Assembly: GCA_045653545.1 (NCBI GenBank)
Contig: JAZOMC010000014.1
Coordinates: 3,880 to 67,879, forward strand
DNA length: 64,000 nucleotides
Origin: Akkermansia sp.
GTDB taxonomy: Bacteria > Verrucomicrobiota > Verrucomicrobiia > Verrucomicrobiales > Akkermansiaceae
Direction of reading: 5' to 3'
Shown: positions 12,690 to 22,225 of the stretch, one piece after another
How the letters are laid out: each line of letters starts with the position of its first letter
Numbering within the stretch: the first letter of the stretch is position 1
Notes under the pieces: model-generated
Told to the model about the DNA's origin: nothing
What the model saw: only the letters and a program-made list of their open reading frames with translations
Database searches by the model: none
Made by a program: the position numbers and the translations under genes

Positions 12690-12806
12690 AGCAACTGATT
12701 GAAGCAAGATTTTCCGAGAGCAAGCGTCCCACGGGGCACTTGCTCTCGTTGCATTTTCATCAATTCAAAAATTAGCCATTCACAGAGGACAAAGCAGCCT
12801 TACTGC

Positions 12807-12835
12807 TTGCCATAGGGCCGTATATTTGATACACT
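12807..12835 (+). promoter_or_regulatory. Sigma70 promoter (TTGCCA-17-TACACT, extended -10 TG), 7 nt before the ECF ATG
   Basis: ttgcca tagggccgtatatttga tacact acagtca ATG. Confidence 0.65.
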
Positions 12836-12842
12836 ACAGTCA

Positions 12843-13529
12843 ATGGACGCGAGTGATGAAAAGAACACACCGGATGACAGCGCACTGGAAAAGTACGCTG
12901 CCAGAACCCGGCGTAGCCTCATCGCCCGCTTACAAGACTGGAAAGACCAGCGCAGCTGGGACGAGTTTTACCGCACCTATTGGCGCCTCATTTACAGCGT
13001 GGCCACAAAATCCGGCCTAAGCCCGGACGAAGCATGGGACACCGTGCAGGAAACAGTCCTTTCCGTAGCCCGACAGACACGCGAGAAGCAATACGACCCG
13101 GCGAAAGGCTCCTTCAAAATGTGGCTGTGGCACATCATACGCTGGCGTATCAAAGACCAGTTCCGCAAAAGGCTACCGATGACGGCAGAAGAGGCAGATT
13201 CTACAGACACCCCTGCCACAGATGTGGAAAATCTGGCAGACATCAGCGGTGATACTTTTGACAAAATATGGGAGCGAGAATGGCAACAGAATATTCTGAA
13301 AGCCGCCACAGAACGCGTCAAAATGAAAACATCTCCGCGGCAGTTTCAGATATTTGACTACCTCGTTCTGCGCGGCATGAGCACGGCTGACGTTCGCAGT
13401 AAACTCGGCGTAAGCCTAGCCCAAGTATATCTAGCGAAACACCGCATAGGCGGCCTGCTGCGCCGCGAAATTGAATACATCCGCGCCCAAGGAGACGCAC
13501 CGGCCTCCCCTAACGAAGCCAACAAATAG
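12843..13529 (+). CDS. ECF sigma-70 factor (Planctomycetes/Verrucomicrobia type)
   Basis: SLIARLQDWKDQRSWDEF..Y, DTVQETVLSV, GSFKMWL in region 2; region 4 HTH. Confidence 0.85.
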   Translation: MDASDEKNTPDDSALEKYAARTRRSLIARLQDWKDQRSWDEFYRTYWRLIYSVATKSGLSPDEAWDTVQETVLSVARQTREKQYDPAKGSFKMWLWHIIRWRIKDQFRKRLPMTAEEADSTDTPATDVENLADISGDTFDKIWEREWQQNILKAATERVKMKTSPRQFQIFDYLVLRGMSTADVRSKLGVSLAQVYLAKHRIGGLLRREIEYIRAQGDAPASPNEANK

Positions 13530-13551
13530 AGAGCTGAAAAGAAAATACGGC

Positions 13552-13580
13552 TTGCCAAAGTCGGAAAAAAAGAGTATAAT
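13552..13580 (+). promoter_or_regulatory. purMF promoter TTGCCA-17-TATAAT
   Basis: Near-consensus hexamers with 17-bp spacing, 34 nt before the purM ATG. Confidence 0.75.
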
Positions 13581-13614
13581 CCGCGCGAATCCACGTGATA
13601 TCACTCCAAATCAT

Positions 13615-14613
13615 ATGTCCGGCAACCTCACATACAAGCAATCCGGCGTCGATACCATCGAGGCACAGTCTTTCGTGAATGACATCAGCGCGCACGTTAA
13701 GCGCACGCAGAAAAACCGTCAGCTTTGCAATGCTTTCGGTCTCTTTGCTGCAGCTTACGACCTCTCCGCCTACAAGGAGCCCGTCATCGTGACCGGCACC
13801 GACGGCGTGGGCACCAAGACGGAAATTCTTTTCGATCTTGACATGCTCGAAACCGCAGGCAAAGACCTGGTAGCCATGAACGTGAACGACATTCTCACCA
13901 CTGGTGGTGACCCGCTCGTTTTCCTTGATTACCTGGGAATCTCCAATCTTGAGACTGAAAAGCCCCGCATCACCCGCCTGGTGGCCGGCATGTGTGACAA
14001 CCTGGAGAGCTGCAACTGCATCCTCGCGGGTGGCGAGACCGCTGAGATGCCCGGCGTTGTACCCGAGAATCTCGTTGAGATGGCCGGTTTCAGCATTGGC
14101 TGTGTAGAGAAGAGCCAGATGATTGATCCCTCTCAGGTTGAAGTGGGTGATGTGCTCATCGGTTACCCCAGTGATGGTTTCCACGCCAACGGCTGGAGCC
14201 TCGTGCGCCGCATTCTGAAGCAGAATCCTGACCTCCTCACCGAGGAAGAGCTGCGCAGCCTGCTGGCTCCCACTCGCCTGTACCATGACGTGGTATACGA
14301 CATGCGCAAGCTCGGCATCACCCCCAAGGCATATGCCCACATCACCGGTGGCGGCCTGCCCGAAAACCTTGAGCGTTTCCTTGGTGATAAGGGCGCTGAC
14401 CTCGAAATCCCCTACTGGGATAACGCTGCCGTACAGAAAGTGCTCACCTTCGTGGACGCTGAAGACCGCTTCCACACCTTCAACATGGGCATCGGTTGGG
14501 TAGCCATCGTGAAGCCCGAGCAGGTGGAACAGGCCTGCACAGCCGGCCCCGGTGGTACCGTTATCGGCACCATGCGTGAGGGCAAGGGCATCCATGTGAC
14601 TGTACGCAAGTAA
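13615..14613 (+). CDS. purM: Phosphoribosylformylglycinamidine cyclo-ligase
   Basis: TYKQSGVD, GTDGVGTK, AGGETAEMPG, AHITGGGLPEN, TFNMGIG. Start set at MSGNLTY. Confidence 0.95.
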   Translation: MSGNLTYKQSGVDTIEAQSFVNDISAHVKRTQKNRQLCNAFGLFAAAYDLSAYKEPVIVTGTDGVGTKTEILFDLDMLETAGKDLVAMNVNDILTTGGDPLVFLDYLGISNLETEKPRITRLVAGMCDNLESCNCILAGGETAEMPGVVPENLVEMAGFSIGCVEKSQMIDPSQVEVGDVLIGYPSDGFHANGWSLVRRILKQNPDLLTEEELRSLLAPTRLYHDVVYDMRKLGITPKAYAHITGGGLPENLERFLGDKGADLEIPYWDNAAVQKVLTFVDAEDRFHTFNMGIGWVAIVKPEQVEQACTAGPGGTVIGTMREGKGIHVTVRK

Positions 14614-14632
14614 ACGCAATTTTTAAGACTAT

Positions 14633-16522
14633 ATGTCCGCAGCAATCAGACTGCTTAAGCCGCTCTCCTATTTTGCGGAGAAGTACGGCTCGCCCGAGTG
14701 GGCCTTCAACAAGCTTTTCCTGCTCATGGAAAAGCAGCACAACCGCGGGCAAGACGGCGCAGGCATCGGCTGTATCAAGCTGAATATGCCGCTGGGAGAG
14801 CCCTACATCTTCCGCGCTCGTGATGCCTCCGCCTCTGCCGTGACGAAAATGTTCTCACAGCAGCAGCACACCCTGCGCCGCCTGAAAGACGAAGGGCTCG
14901 TACGCGGCGCGGATGCAGATACCTACAAGCGCCATTTCAACTTCGGCGGTGAGGTACTGCTCGGCCACCTGCTGTACGGCACAAGCGGAACCACAGCGGA
15001 GGAAGGCATCTGCCACCCCTACATGCGCCGCACCAACTGGCCCACTCGTACCCTCATGATGCAGGGTAACATGGGTATCACCAACATCTCCGAGCTTCAC
15101 CAGAAGCTCATCTCCCGTGGCCAGCACCCCGTCTTCGGCACAGATATCCAGACCCTCATGGAAGAGGTTGGTTATTACTTGGATGAGGCCCACACGGATC
15201 TCTACCGCCAGCTGCGTGATAAGAACGTGGATGGCCGCGAGATTCCCAACATCATCTCCGCTGAGCTGGATCTCTTTGATATCATCGGCAAGGCCAGCAA
15301 GGACTGGGATGGCGGCTACACCATCATGGGTGGCGTGGGTAATGGTGACTTCTTCTGCCTGAGAGACCCGCACGGCATCCGCTACTGCTACTACGTTCTC
15401 ACGGACGAATATCTGGCCGTGGCCAGCGAACGCGTGCCGCTCATGAGCGTGATGGAAGTGGAGGAGCACGAGGTGAAGGAACTTGCCCCGGCTAACATGA
15501 TTGTGGTGAAGTATGACGGTGCGGTGACCATCAAGGAATACACCAAGCCCGAGAAACACACCCCCTGCTGCTTCGAGGACGTGTACACCTCCCGCGGCAA
15601 TGACCCCGTCATCTACCGCGAGCGTAAGGCACTGGGTGCCAACCTCACAGAGCAGGTAGTGGAGAGTCTGGACGGCAACTTCTCCAAGGCTGCCATCACC
15701 TTCATTCCGAACACGGCTGAAGTTTCATACTATGGTCTTCTGGAAGGCCTGCGCGCCTACCGCCGCAATAAGGTAACAGAGGCCATGATTAATGCTTTCC
15801 GAGAAGGCACCATGAGTGAGGAGCTCATCAATGAGCTTATCCTCCGCCGCTGGCCCCGCGCTGAAAAGATTGCTCATAAGGACATTAAGCTCCGCACCTT
15901 CATCTCAGAAGAAAGTAGCCGTAAGCAGCTTGCTGCCATGGTGTATGACCTCACATACGGCGCTGTAAACAGCGATGAAGTGCTGGTAGCAATCGACGAC
16001 TCCATCGTACGCGGCACCACTCTGAAGATGAGCCTCCTGCGCCTTCTGGCCCGCACTCAGGCACGTAAGATTGTCATCGTATCCTCTGCCCCGCAGGTTC
16101 GTTACCCGGACTGCTACGGCATTGATATGAGTGAGATGGGCAAGTTCATCGCCTTCCAAGCAGCCATAACCCTGCTGAAGAAGCGCGGCATGTACACACA
16201 CATCATTGACGTGTATGAAGAATGTAAGCGCCAGCTCACTTTGCCGCCGGCAGAGCGCACCAACCCGGTGAAGAAGATTTACGAACCCTTCACGGATGAT
16301 GAAATCACAGCGGAGGTTTCCCGCATGGTCACGCCGGACAACAGCCCCTGCGCCATTCAGGTGATTTACCAGACCTTGGAAGGCCTTCGTGATGCAATCG
16401 AAGGTCCCTGCGGAGACTGGTACTTCAGCGGTGATTATCCGACCCCCGGTGGTTTCACTGTGGTCAACCAAGCCTTCATTCAGTGGTTTGAGAGTCGCGA
16501 CAAGCGAGACTACAATCTCTGA
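14633..16522 (+). CDS. purF: Amidophosphoribosyltransferase, long (Bacteroidota/PVC-type) form lacking the N-terminal Cys
   Basis: HNRGQDGAG, RDPHGIR, PRT motif VAIDDSIVRGTT, PQVRYPDCYGIDM, WYFSGDYPT. Confidence 0.9.
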   Translation: MSAAIRLLKPLSYFAEKYGSPEWAFNKLFLLMEKQHNRGQDGAGIGCIKLNMPLGEPYIFRARDASASAVTKMFSQQQHTLRRLKDEGLVRGADADTYKRHFNFGGEVLLGHLLYGTSGTTAEEGICHPYMRRTNWPTRTLMMQGNMGITNISELHQKLISRGQHPVFGTDIQTLMEEVGYYLDEAHTDLYRQLRDKNVDGREIPNIISAELDLFDIIGKASKDWDGGYTIMGGVGNGDFFCLRDPHGIRYCYYVLTDEYLAVASERVPLMSVMEVEEHEVKELAPANMIVVKYDGAVTIKEYTKPEKHTPCCFEDVYTSRGNDPVIYRERKALGANLTEQVVESLDGNFSKAAITFIPNTAEVSYYGLLEGLRAYRRNKVTEAMINAFREGTMSEELINELILRRWPRAEKIAHKDIKLRTFISEESSRKQLAAMVYDLTYGAVNSDEVLVAIDDSIVRGTTLKMSLLRLLARTQARKIVIVSSAPQVRYPDCYGIDMSEMGKFIAFQAAITLLKKRGMYTHIIDVYEECKRQLTLPPAERTNPVKKIYEPFTDDEITAEVSRMVTPDNSPCAIQVIYQTLEGLRDAIEGPCGDWYFSGDYPTPGGFTVVNQAFIQWFESRDKRDYNL

Positions 16523-16540
16523 TTTGGTTAATCTCATTAA

Positions 16541-16572
16541 AGCACCTGCCATTGCATGCAGTGGCAGGTGCT
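16541..16572. terminator. Long inverted repeat after purF
   Basis: agcacctgccattgca/tgcagtggcaggtgct; no clear T-tract on the + strand. Confidence 0.5.
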
Positions 16573-16595
16573 AAGTCCAGAATCCCTCCCCATAT

Positions 16596-17204
16596 ATGAG
16601 CAAGCAGTATAAAAAGGCTGAACTTAATAATCTTGAAGAGACTGAGCTGGTAAAGCTGAGTCAGGAGGGGATTCTCGCTGCTTTTGACGAACTGCTAAAG
16701 CGCAACATCCGCCGTATCGTCGGCATGCTCACGCAGATGCTGAAATCTGAGATGGATGCCTACGATGTGGCCCAGACTGCTGCTATCAAAGCATATCGCT
16801 CCATTAAGAGCTTTAATGGCACAAGCCAGTTCTACACGTGGATGTATACCATCGCACTGAACGAGGCCCGCAATTTCCTGCGCAAGGAAAATAAGCACCG
16901 CAACCAAACGAGCCTGAATGATGACACTAATGGCGACCCGCTGGAAAAGGATTCCCATGCTGCGGACCGCTCGCTCGTTTCCGACCCGGTGCGTCAGGCT
17001 CAGGTGTCAGACCTTAAAACAAGCCTGAAGAAAGCACTGGCTCAGCTCTCGGACGCCCACCGAGAGGTCGTCATTATGTGCGATATTGAGGGCATGAGCT
17101 ACATGGAAGTTTCACAAATTCTACAGGTACCGGAACCGACCCTACGTTCCCGCCTGCACTATGCTCACCGCTATCTCCAAAGCCTACTAAGGGATGAGAG
17201 ATAA
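16596..17204 (+). CDS. ECF sigma factor, RpoE-like
   Basis: AFDELL, DAYDVAQTAAIKAYRSIKSF, SQFYTWMYTIALN, SYMEVSQILQVPEPTLRSRLHYA. Confidence 0.88.
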   Translation: MSKQYKKAELNNLEETELVKLSQEGILAAFDELLKRNIRRIVGMLTQMLKSEMDAYDVAQTAAIKAYRSIKSFNGTSQFYTWMYTIALNEARNFLRKENKHRNQTSLNDDTNGDPLEKDSHAADRSLVSDPVRQAQVSDLKTSLKKALAQLSDAHREVVIMCDIEGMSYMEVSQILQVPEPTLRSRLHYAHRYLQSLLRDER

Positions 17205-17222
17205 AGCTTATTAAATAAGCAT

Positions 17223-17666
17223 ATGGCTCAAGCCTCAGAACAATCTCCCGAGCGGCGCGAAACGCCGCTCCCTTTCTTTGAGGAAGGCGTGGCCGCCGGC
17301 TTCCCTTCTCCGGTCATGGGCGAGCTAAGCAGCTCCCTGAACCTAGATTCCCTCTGCGTGGCCCATCCAGCCACCACATATTATGTGAAAGCAAGGGGAG
17401 AAAGCATGCGCGGCGCCGGCATAGATGACGGGGATTTGCTCGTAGTAGACCGCAGCCTACAGCCGCAGAATGGTGACATCATCATCGCAGCCATTGATGG
17501 AGAGTTCACCGTCAAACGCCTACGGATTTCTGCTTCCTGCGTGGAATTGGTACCGGAAAATCCTGCATTCAAAGCACGAGTTCTCACGGCTGAAGAGCAG
17601 TCCGAATTCTTCGGGGTGGTTACTTGGGTTGTAAAGCCCCTGCACCGCGGCTGCAAGACGCGCTAA
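17223..17666 (+). CDS. umuD: UmuD-like S24 peptidase (Pol V accessory subunit)
   Basis: VAAGFPSP cleavage site, GESM (Ser) and FTVKRL (Lys) catalytic dyad. Confidence 0.88.
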   Translation: MAQASEQSPERRETPLPFFEEGVAAGFPSPVMGELSSSLNLDSLCVAHPATTYYVKARGESMRGAGIDDGDLLVVDRSLQPQNGDIIIAAIDGEFTVKRLRISASCVELVPENPAFKARVLTAEEQSEFFGVVTWVVKPLHRGCKTR

Positions 17667-17680
17667 GCCCCATTAAATGA

Positions 17681-17710
17681 AAAACGCAGGCCCTTCATCA
17701 GAGCCTGCGT
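17681..17710. terminator. Terminator between convergent umuD and infC
   Basis: aaaacgcaggc...gcctgcgt inverted repeat. Confidence 0.6.
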
Positions 17711-17741
17711 AAATGTTAAATTGCGAATGAGCTTCTATGCT

Positions 17742-18395
17742 TTATTCATCATCAGAAGCATCAAATTCCTCGGAGTCTACATCAAAGTCTTCCTCCTGGA
17801 ACTTCTTGAACTTCTTCACGCGCTGACCGGTCGGCAGAGGAGTCAGCACCATAGTTACAGTATTACCGGCCAGCTTAGCAGCCTGATCCACCTTACCCAT
17901 GGTCTTCATATCTTCCACCACCTTGGCCATCACCTCGAGCCCCAGCTGCTGGTGAGCATTCTCACGACCGCGGAAACGCAGCTGGAAACGCACCTTGTGA
18001 CCGTGGTCCAGGAACTGCTCGGTACGGGCCATCTTGACGTTATAGTCATTCACATCCGTACCAATACGCAGCTTAATTCCCTTCATGCGCACGGTCTTGG
18101 CCTTGTTATTCTTCTGCATCTTGGCCTGCATGTACTTGAACTTACCGTAATCGATAAGTCGGCACACGGGCGGATCAGCGTTCGGGGCCACCTCTACGAG
18201 GTCCAGGCCGATTTCCTTAGCACGAGCGAGAGCGTCACGCGTGGCCATAACGCCGAGCTGGTCACCATTAGCGGTTACAACACGGACACGGGGAGCGCGG
18301 ATGCGGTCATTGACACGAATCTGCGGGGTTTTATTGTTCTGCTCACGGCGGTTACCGCGGTTTGCAGGGTTAGTGTTTTTCTGTGGGGCTGGCAC
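17742..18395 (-). CDS. infC: Translation initiation factor IF-3
   Basis: RVNDRIRAPRVRVV, GLDLVEVAPNADPPVCRLIDYGKFKY, FRGRENAH; GTG start; follows thrS. Confidence 0.95.
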   Translation of the reverse strand: MPAPQKNTNPANRGNRREQNNKTPQIRVNDRIRAPRVRVVTANGDQLGVMATRDALARAKEIGLDLVEVAPNADPPVCRLIDYGKFKYMQAKMQKNNKAKTVRMKGIKLRIGTDVNDYNVKMARTEQFLDHGHKVRFQLRFRGRENAHQQLGLEVMAKVVEDMKTMGKVDQAAKLAGNTVTMVLTPLPTGQRVKKFKKFQEEDFDVDSEEFDASDDE

Positions 18396-18481
18396 TTGAG
18401 TAGTACTTGGTTATGGTCGATATGGTATATTTGGAATAAACCCCGGAGCGCGGAGAACTTCCACGCTCCGGAAAGGGGATA

Positions 18482-20410
18482 TTAGTTCTGCGGGGTCTCC
18501 TTCTGTTCGGGGGTAAACGCAGGCTTAATAAGGCGCTGGCTGATTTCGGCTGTGATGGCATTGACGAACTCTTCCACGGTCATGGTGCCAACGACGTCCA
18601 GCTCGCGGTGACGAATGGAAACCTTGCCTTCCTCAGCTTCACGCTGGCCCACCACTACCATGTACGGCACGCGGTCAAGGCGGGCATTACGAATCTTGGC
18701 ACCAATCTTATCAGGAGCATCATCCAGCTTCACACGCACGCTCTTGGCAGCAAGAGCCGTACGCACCTGCTCAGCGAACTCAGCCACCTTGTCAGAGATG
18801 GGCAGCACGCGCACCTGCTCGGGAGCAAGCCATGTGGGGAACTTGCCACCAAAGTGCTCAATCAGCAGGCCGGAGAAGCGCTCCATAGAGCCGAAGGGCG
18901 CACGGTGGATCATGACGGGACGGTGCGGCTTGTTATCTGCACCGGTGTAGTTCAGATCGAAACGCTCAGGCAGGTTGTAGTCCACCTGCACAGTGCCGAG
19001 CTGCCAGTCACGGCCAATAACGTCACGCACAATGAAGTCAATCTTGGGACCATAGAAAGCAGCCTCATTCTCTGCCTCGATGTAGTCAAAACCATTCTCC
19101 GCAAGCACCTCACGAAGAGCCTGCTCAGCAAGCTTCCAGTTCTCAACAGTGCCCACGTACTTGGCATCCGTATAATCCTTATCACGCAGGGAAAGGCGTA
19201 CACGGTAATCATTCATCTGAAGAGTACCGAGAATGTGCTTCACAATACCAATGCACTGCTGCACTTCTTCCTTAATCTGGTCCGGGCGGCAGAAGATGTG
19301 AGCATCATCCTGAGTAAAGCCACGCACACGGGTCATACCGCCCAGCTCACCGCTCTGCTCCCAGCGGTACACGGTACCGAACTCTGCCAGACGCACGGGC
19401 AAATCACGGTAGGAGTGGGGGTCACTGGAGTAAATACGGATGTGGTGCGGGCAGTTCATGGGCTTAAGCATGAAGCCCATGATGGAGCGAGTATCAAGTG
19501 AGTTGAAAAGCTCAGCACAGCTGGCGTTCTCGTCACGCAGCTTCTTGAAATCATCCGGATCCGGGATGGGGGTGAACTGGCTCTCCTTATAGTGCTCCCA
19601 GTGGCCGGAGGTCATGTAAAGATCCAGCTTACCGATGTGGGGAGTGTACACCTGAGAGTAACCGATGCGGTCCAGCTCTTCCGTGATGAAATCCTGCAGC
19701 TCACGGCGGATAATGGCACCCTTGGGCTTCCAGAGCACAAGGCCCTGCCCCACCATCTCATCAATGGTGAACAGGCCCATCTCACGCCCGAGCTTGCGGT
19801 GGTCACGCTTGCGAGCCTCCTCCAGACGGGCGAGGTGCTCATCCAGCTGGGTGCGGTTCGGGAAACAGGTGCCATACACACGCTGCAGGCGGGGACCATT
19901 GGCATCACCCTGATAGTAGGCGGAAGCCACGCTCATCACCTTGAAAGCCTTGCAGTTACCGGTGCGGCCCACATGAGGCCCGGCGCACAGGTCCGTGAAA
20001 TCACCGTTGCGATAGATGGAAATTTCCTCATCGTCAGGAATACGATTCAGCAAATCCACCTTAAACTTGGAAGGCACGTCACGCGGACCAATGGAGCCAA
20101 GCTCACCGCTCTGAGCCATAGCCATAGCCTCAGCGCGGGTCACGGTAGTTCGCTCAAATGTCTGATTCTCCTTAACAATCTTCTTCATCTCAGCCTCAAT
20201 CAGCTCAAACTCGGCCGAAGAGATGTTATGATCCAGTTCAATATCATAGTAGAAGCCGTTCTCCACAGCGGGACCAGCAGCAAGCTGAGCCTGCGGCCAG
20301 ATACGGCAGATGGCAGCGGCCAGAACGTGCGCACAGGAGTGGCGCAGGCGCTCCAGGTCACTAGCCTGATTACGTTCCTCAAGAGTCTTTCTTTCTTTCT
20401 GTTCAGACAT
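18482..20410 (-). CDS. thrS: Threonyl-tRNA synthetase (no N-terminal TGS domain)
   Basis: RHSCAHVLA, GFYYD, DLCAGPH, RDHRKLG, KPMNCP, RVRGFTQDDAH, AFYGPKID, HRAPFGSMERF. Confidence 0.97.
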   Translation of the reverse strand: MSEQKERKTLEERNQASDLERLRHSCAHVLAAAICRIWPQAQLAAGPAVENGFYYDIELDHNISSAEFELIEAEMKKIVKENQTFERTTVTRAEAMAMAQSGELGSIGPRDVPSKFKVDLLNRIPDDEEISIYRNGDFTDLCAGPHVGRTGNCKAFKVMSVASAYYQGDANGPRLQRVYGTCFPNRTQLDEHLARLEEARKRDHRKLGREMGLFTIDEMVGQGLVLWKPKGAIIRRELQDFITEELDRIGYSQVYTPHIGKLDLYMTSGHWEHYKESQFTPIPDPDDFKKLRDENASCAELFNSLDTRSIMGFMLKPMNCPHHIRIYSSDPHSYRDLPVRLAEFGTVYRWEQSGELGGMTRVRGFTQDDAHIFCRPDQIKEEVQQCIGIVKHILGTLQMNDYRVRLSLRDKDYTDAKYVGTVENWKLAEQALREVLAENGFDYIEAENEAAFYGPKIDFIVRDVIGRDWQLGTVQVDYNLPERFDLNYTGADNKPHRPVMIHRAPFGSMERFSGLLIEHFGGKFPTWLAPEQVRVLPISDKVAEFAEQVRTALAAKSVRVKLDDAPDKIGAKIRNARLDRVPYMVVVGQREAEEGKVSIRHRELDVVGTMTVEEFVNAITAEISQRLIKPAFTPEQKETPQN

Positions 20411-20510
20411 AAGTTATTCGTTGAGCCATTAATATGCCCTCAAATGGCCTGAAATGCAAGCCTAATCCATGAAATAAGCGGAAAATTACCCATTTTATTC
20501 AGAAAGGCAG

Positions 20511-21392
20511 TCAGTGACGCGGCTTTCTAGCCCCCGGCAAGCCCCATGTCCGTGCGCGCAGATGAGTTCTCAACGAGTTCAGCTTTATTTTCAATCGGCG
20601 GAAGGGAGTCGTCAATACATGCCACATTCCCGCTAAGGTATAATAACTATACGGCTCTTGGGATTTTGAGTATGATTCCGTACAAGTGAACGTATTAGCA
20701 ATACTCGACATACCATCGACATGCACAATAAGATCAGGTTGAACCACATATACCTTCACTCCATACAAAGCTGCCACATTATCTCGATAGAAAGAATCCA
20801 CAGCTCGGTATATAGACAACCACTCCCAGATATTCTCCTCCGTCGGCATCATCGATAAGATACGGTCATACATGCTCTCTGGCACCATGTAACCAAACCC
20901 TGCCAACACACCTTCAGTCTGCCACAGTCCATGGTCGCCATGCTTATACACCTTACGTCCATAGGGGGTGGGACGGCTATATCCTAAATAGAGAAGATAT
21001 TGCCCCTTAAGAGAATCCAACGCATACTCAAATACATCAGCAGCGTCAGAATCCGCCAAAACACGGACATCATCCTCAAGAATCAACACATTACGCCAGC
21101 CTTCCTTCTTGGCACGTTCAATGGCATAACGATGAGAAAGCACACACCCGGCCGTTCCTCCCCAAAAGTGAGCTCGCTCCATAGTGCGTGCTGTAAACCA
21201 AGGACTCTCTCCGTACCCGGCTAATTTTCGACCATCTACAGCAACGAATCTATGCACTTTCTCAATCGGCAAGGTCGACCGATTATCCTCCATAAAACGC
21301 GTCATTCGTTCCGGAAAAGAATCTAGATTAATCACTAGAATTCCATCTACCTTATCCCACGCTTTGTGGAGCTGCTGGCTTTCATCTTTCAT
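20511..21392 (-). CDS. Glycosyltransferase family 25-like
   Basis: VINLDSFPERM, AVDG, GCVLSH..A, ILEDD; ATG start at MKDES. Confidence 0.8.
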   Translation of the reverse strand: MKDESQQLHKAWDKVDGILVINLDSFPERMTRFMEDNRSTLPIEKVHRFVAVDGRKLAGYGESPWFTARTMERAHFWGGTAGCVLSHRYAIERAKKEGWRNVLILEDDVRVLADSDAADVFEYALDSLKGQYLLYLGYSRPTPYGRKVYKHGDHGLWQTEGVLAGFGYMVPESMYDRILSMMPTEENIWEWLSIYRAVDSFYRDNVAALYGVKVYVVQPDLIVHVDGMSSIANTFTCTESYSKSQEPYSYYTLAGMWHVLTTPFRRLKIKLNSLRTHLRARTWGLPGARKPRH

Positions 21393-21406
21393 ACCTGTAC
21401 CGAAAA

Positions 21407-21784
21407 TCAATCTTCAACACGGCCGTAATCGTCCTTATATCTCTCAATATCGTCCTCAGAGAGATAATCTCCCATCTGGATTTCTATCAAAGAGAGCGGC
21501 GCTTCAGCTTCATTACTCAGGCGGTGCAGGCTTCCCCGCGGAATCAGAACGGATTCTCCAACACCTAACCTCTTAACTACTCCGTCACAACAAATAACCG
21601 CCTCACCTTCAGTCACCACCCAGCGCTCCATGCGATGCGCATGACTCTGCAGAGAAATTCGTCCGCCCGGCATTACATTTATCTTCTTAACCACAACACG
21701 TGGTTGAACATCAAGCACCTGCCAGCCACCCCACGGGCGGTCCTCCATTTCACCGGGCTCGTATGTTGGAGTATCAGTACTCAT
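21407..21784 (-). CDS. Cupin, stand-alone type II phosphomannose-isomerase C-terminal domain
   Basis: DRPWGGW, ISLQSHAHRMERWVV, HRLSN, IEIQMGDYLSEDDIERYKDDYGR. Confidence 0.88.
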   Translation of the reverse strand: MSTDTPTYEPGEMEDRPWGGWQVLDVQPRVVVKKINVMPGGRISLQSHAHRMERWVVTEGEAVICCDGVVKRLGVGESVLIPRGSLHRLSNEAEAPLSLIEIQMGDYLSEDDIERYKDDYGRVED

Positions 21785-22200
21785 TTTCCAAGAGATTCAC
21801 GTATACTGGTAGTCGAACGCTGAGGAAGATTTCCATGAGGTATGCGAGTACTAGTCACATAACGAATCCCCTTAGCTTCGACAAAAGCTCGCTTTTCATC
21901 ACTAGTGCCATCACCATTCACGAAGAAAATATCAGGCTTCACCTCATCAAGTAGTGGGGCAAAATCAAGAATCTTACCAGTATCAGGGCCGATGTAGACC
22001 TTCGTTACGTAACGAATAGCCTCCAGCATATACTTACGCTCCTGCTCATTATACATGGTCTTACGATTCTTAAGAATACGCACAGTTTCATCAGAACCGA
22101 TGGAAACGTACACATCCCCGTAACTCGCAGCCTCCTCAAGGAACGCCACATGGCCGCTGTGCAGCACATCAAAACAACCGGAAACAAAAACTTTAGGCAT
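21781..22200 (-). CDS. Cytidylyltransferase-family (HxGH) nucleotidyltransferase
   Basis: VFVSGCFDVLHSGH, ERKYM, PDIFFVNGD, RSTT. Confidence 0.85.
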   Translation of the reverse strand: MPKVFVSGCFDVLHSGHVAFLEEAASYGDVYVSIGSDETVRILKNRKTMYNEQERKYMLEAIRYVTKVYIGPDTGKILDFAPLLDEVKPDIFFVNGDGTSDEKRAFVEAKGIRYVTSTRIPHGNLPQRSTTSIRESLGK

Positions 22201-22225
22201 ATCGACAATTGGATTGTTGTTATTC

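Noticed and set aside
13471-13614. ORF-track N-terminal extension of PurM
   Set aside because: It overlaps the ECF gene and the purM promoter; the true start is 13615. Extensions of carA, metX, the pilin and GT25 were trimmed similarly.
18400-20500. T-box riboswitch for thrS, or a downstream rpmI-rplT
   Set aside because: The thrS leader is too short for a T-box, and infC is followed by a terminator and convergent umuD.
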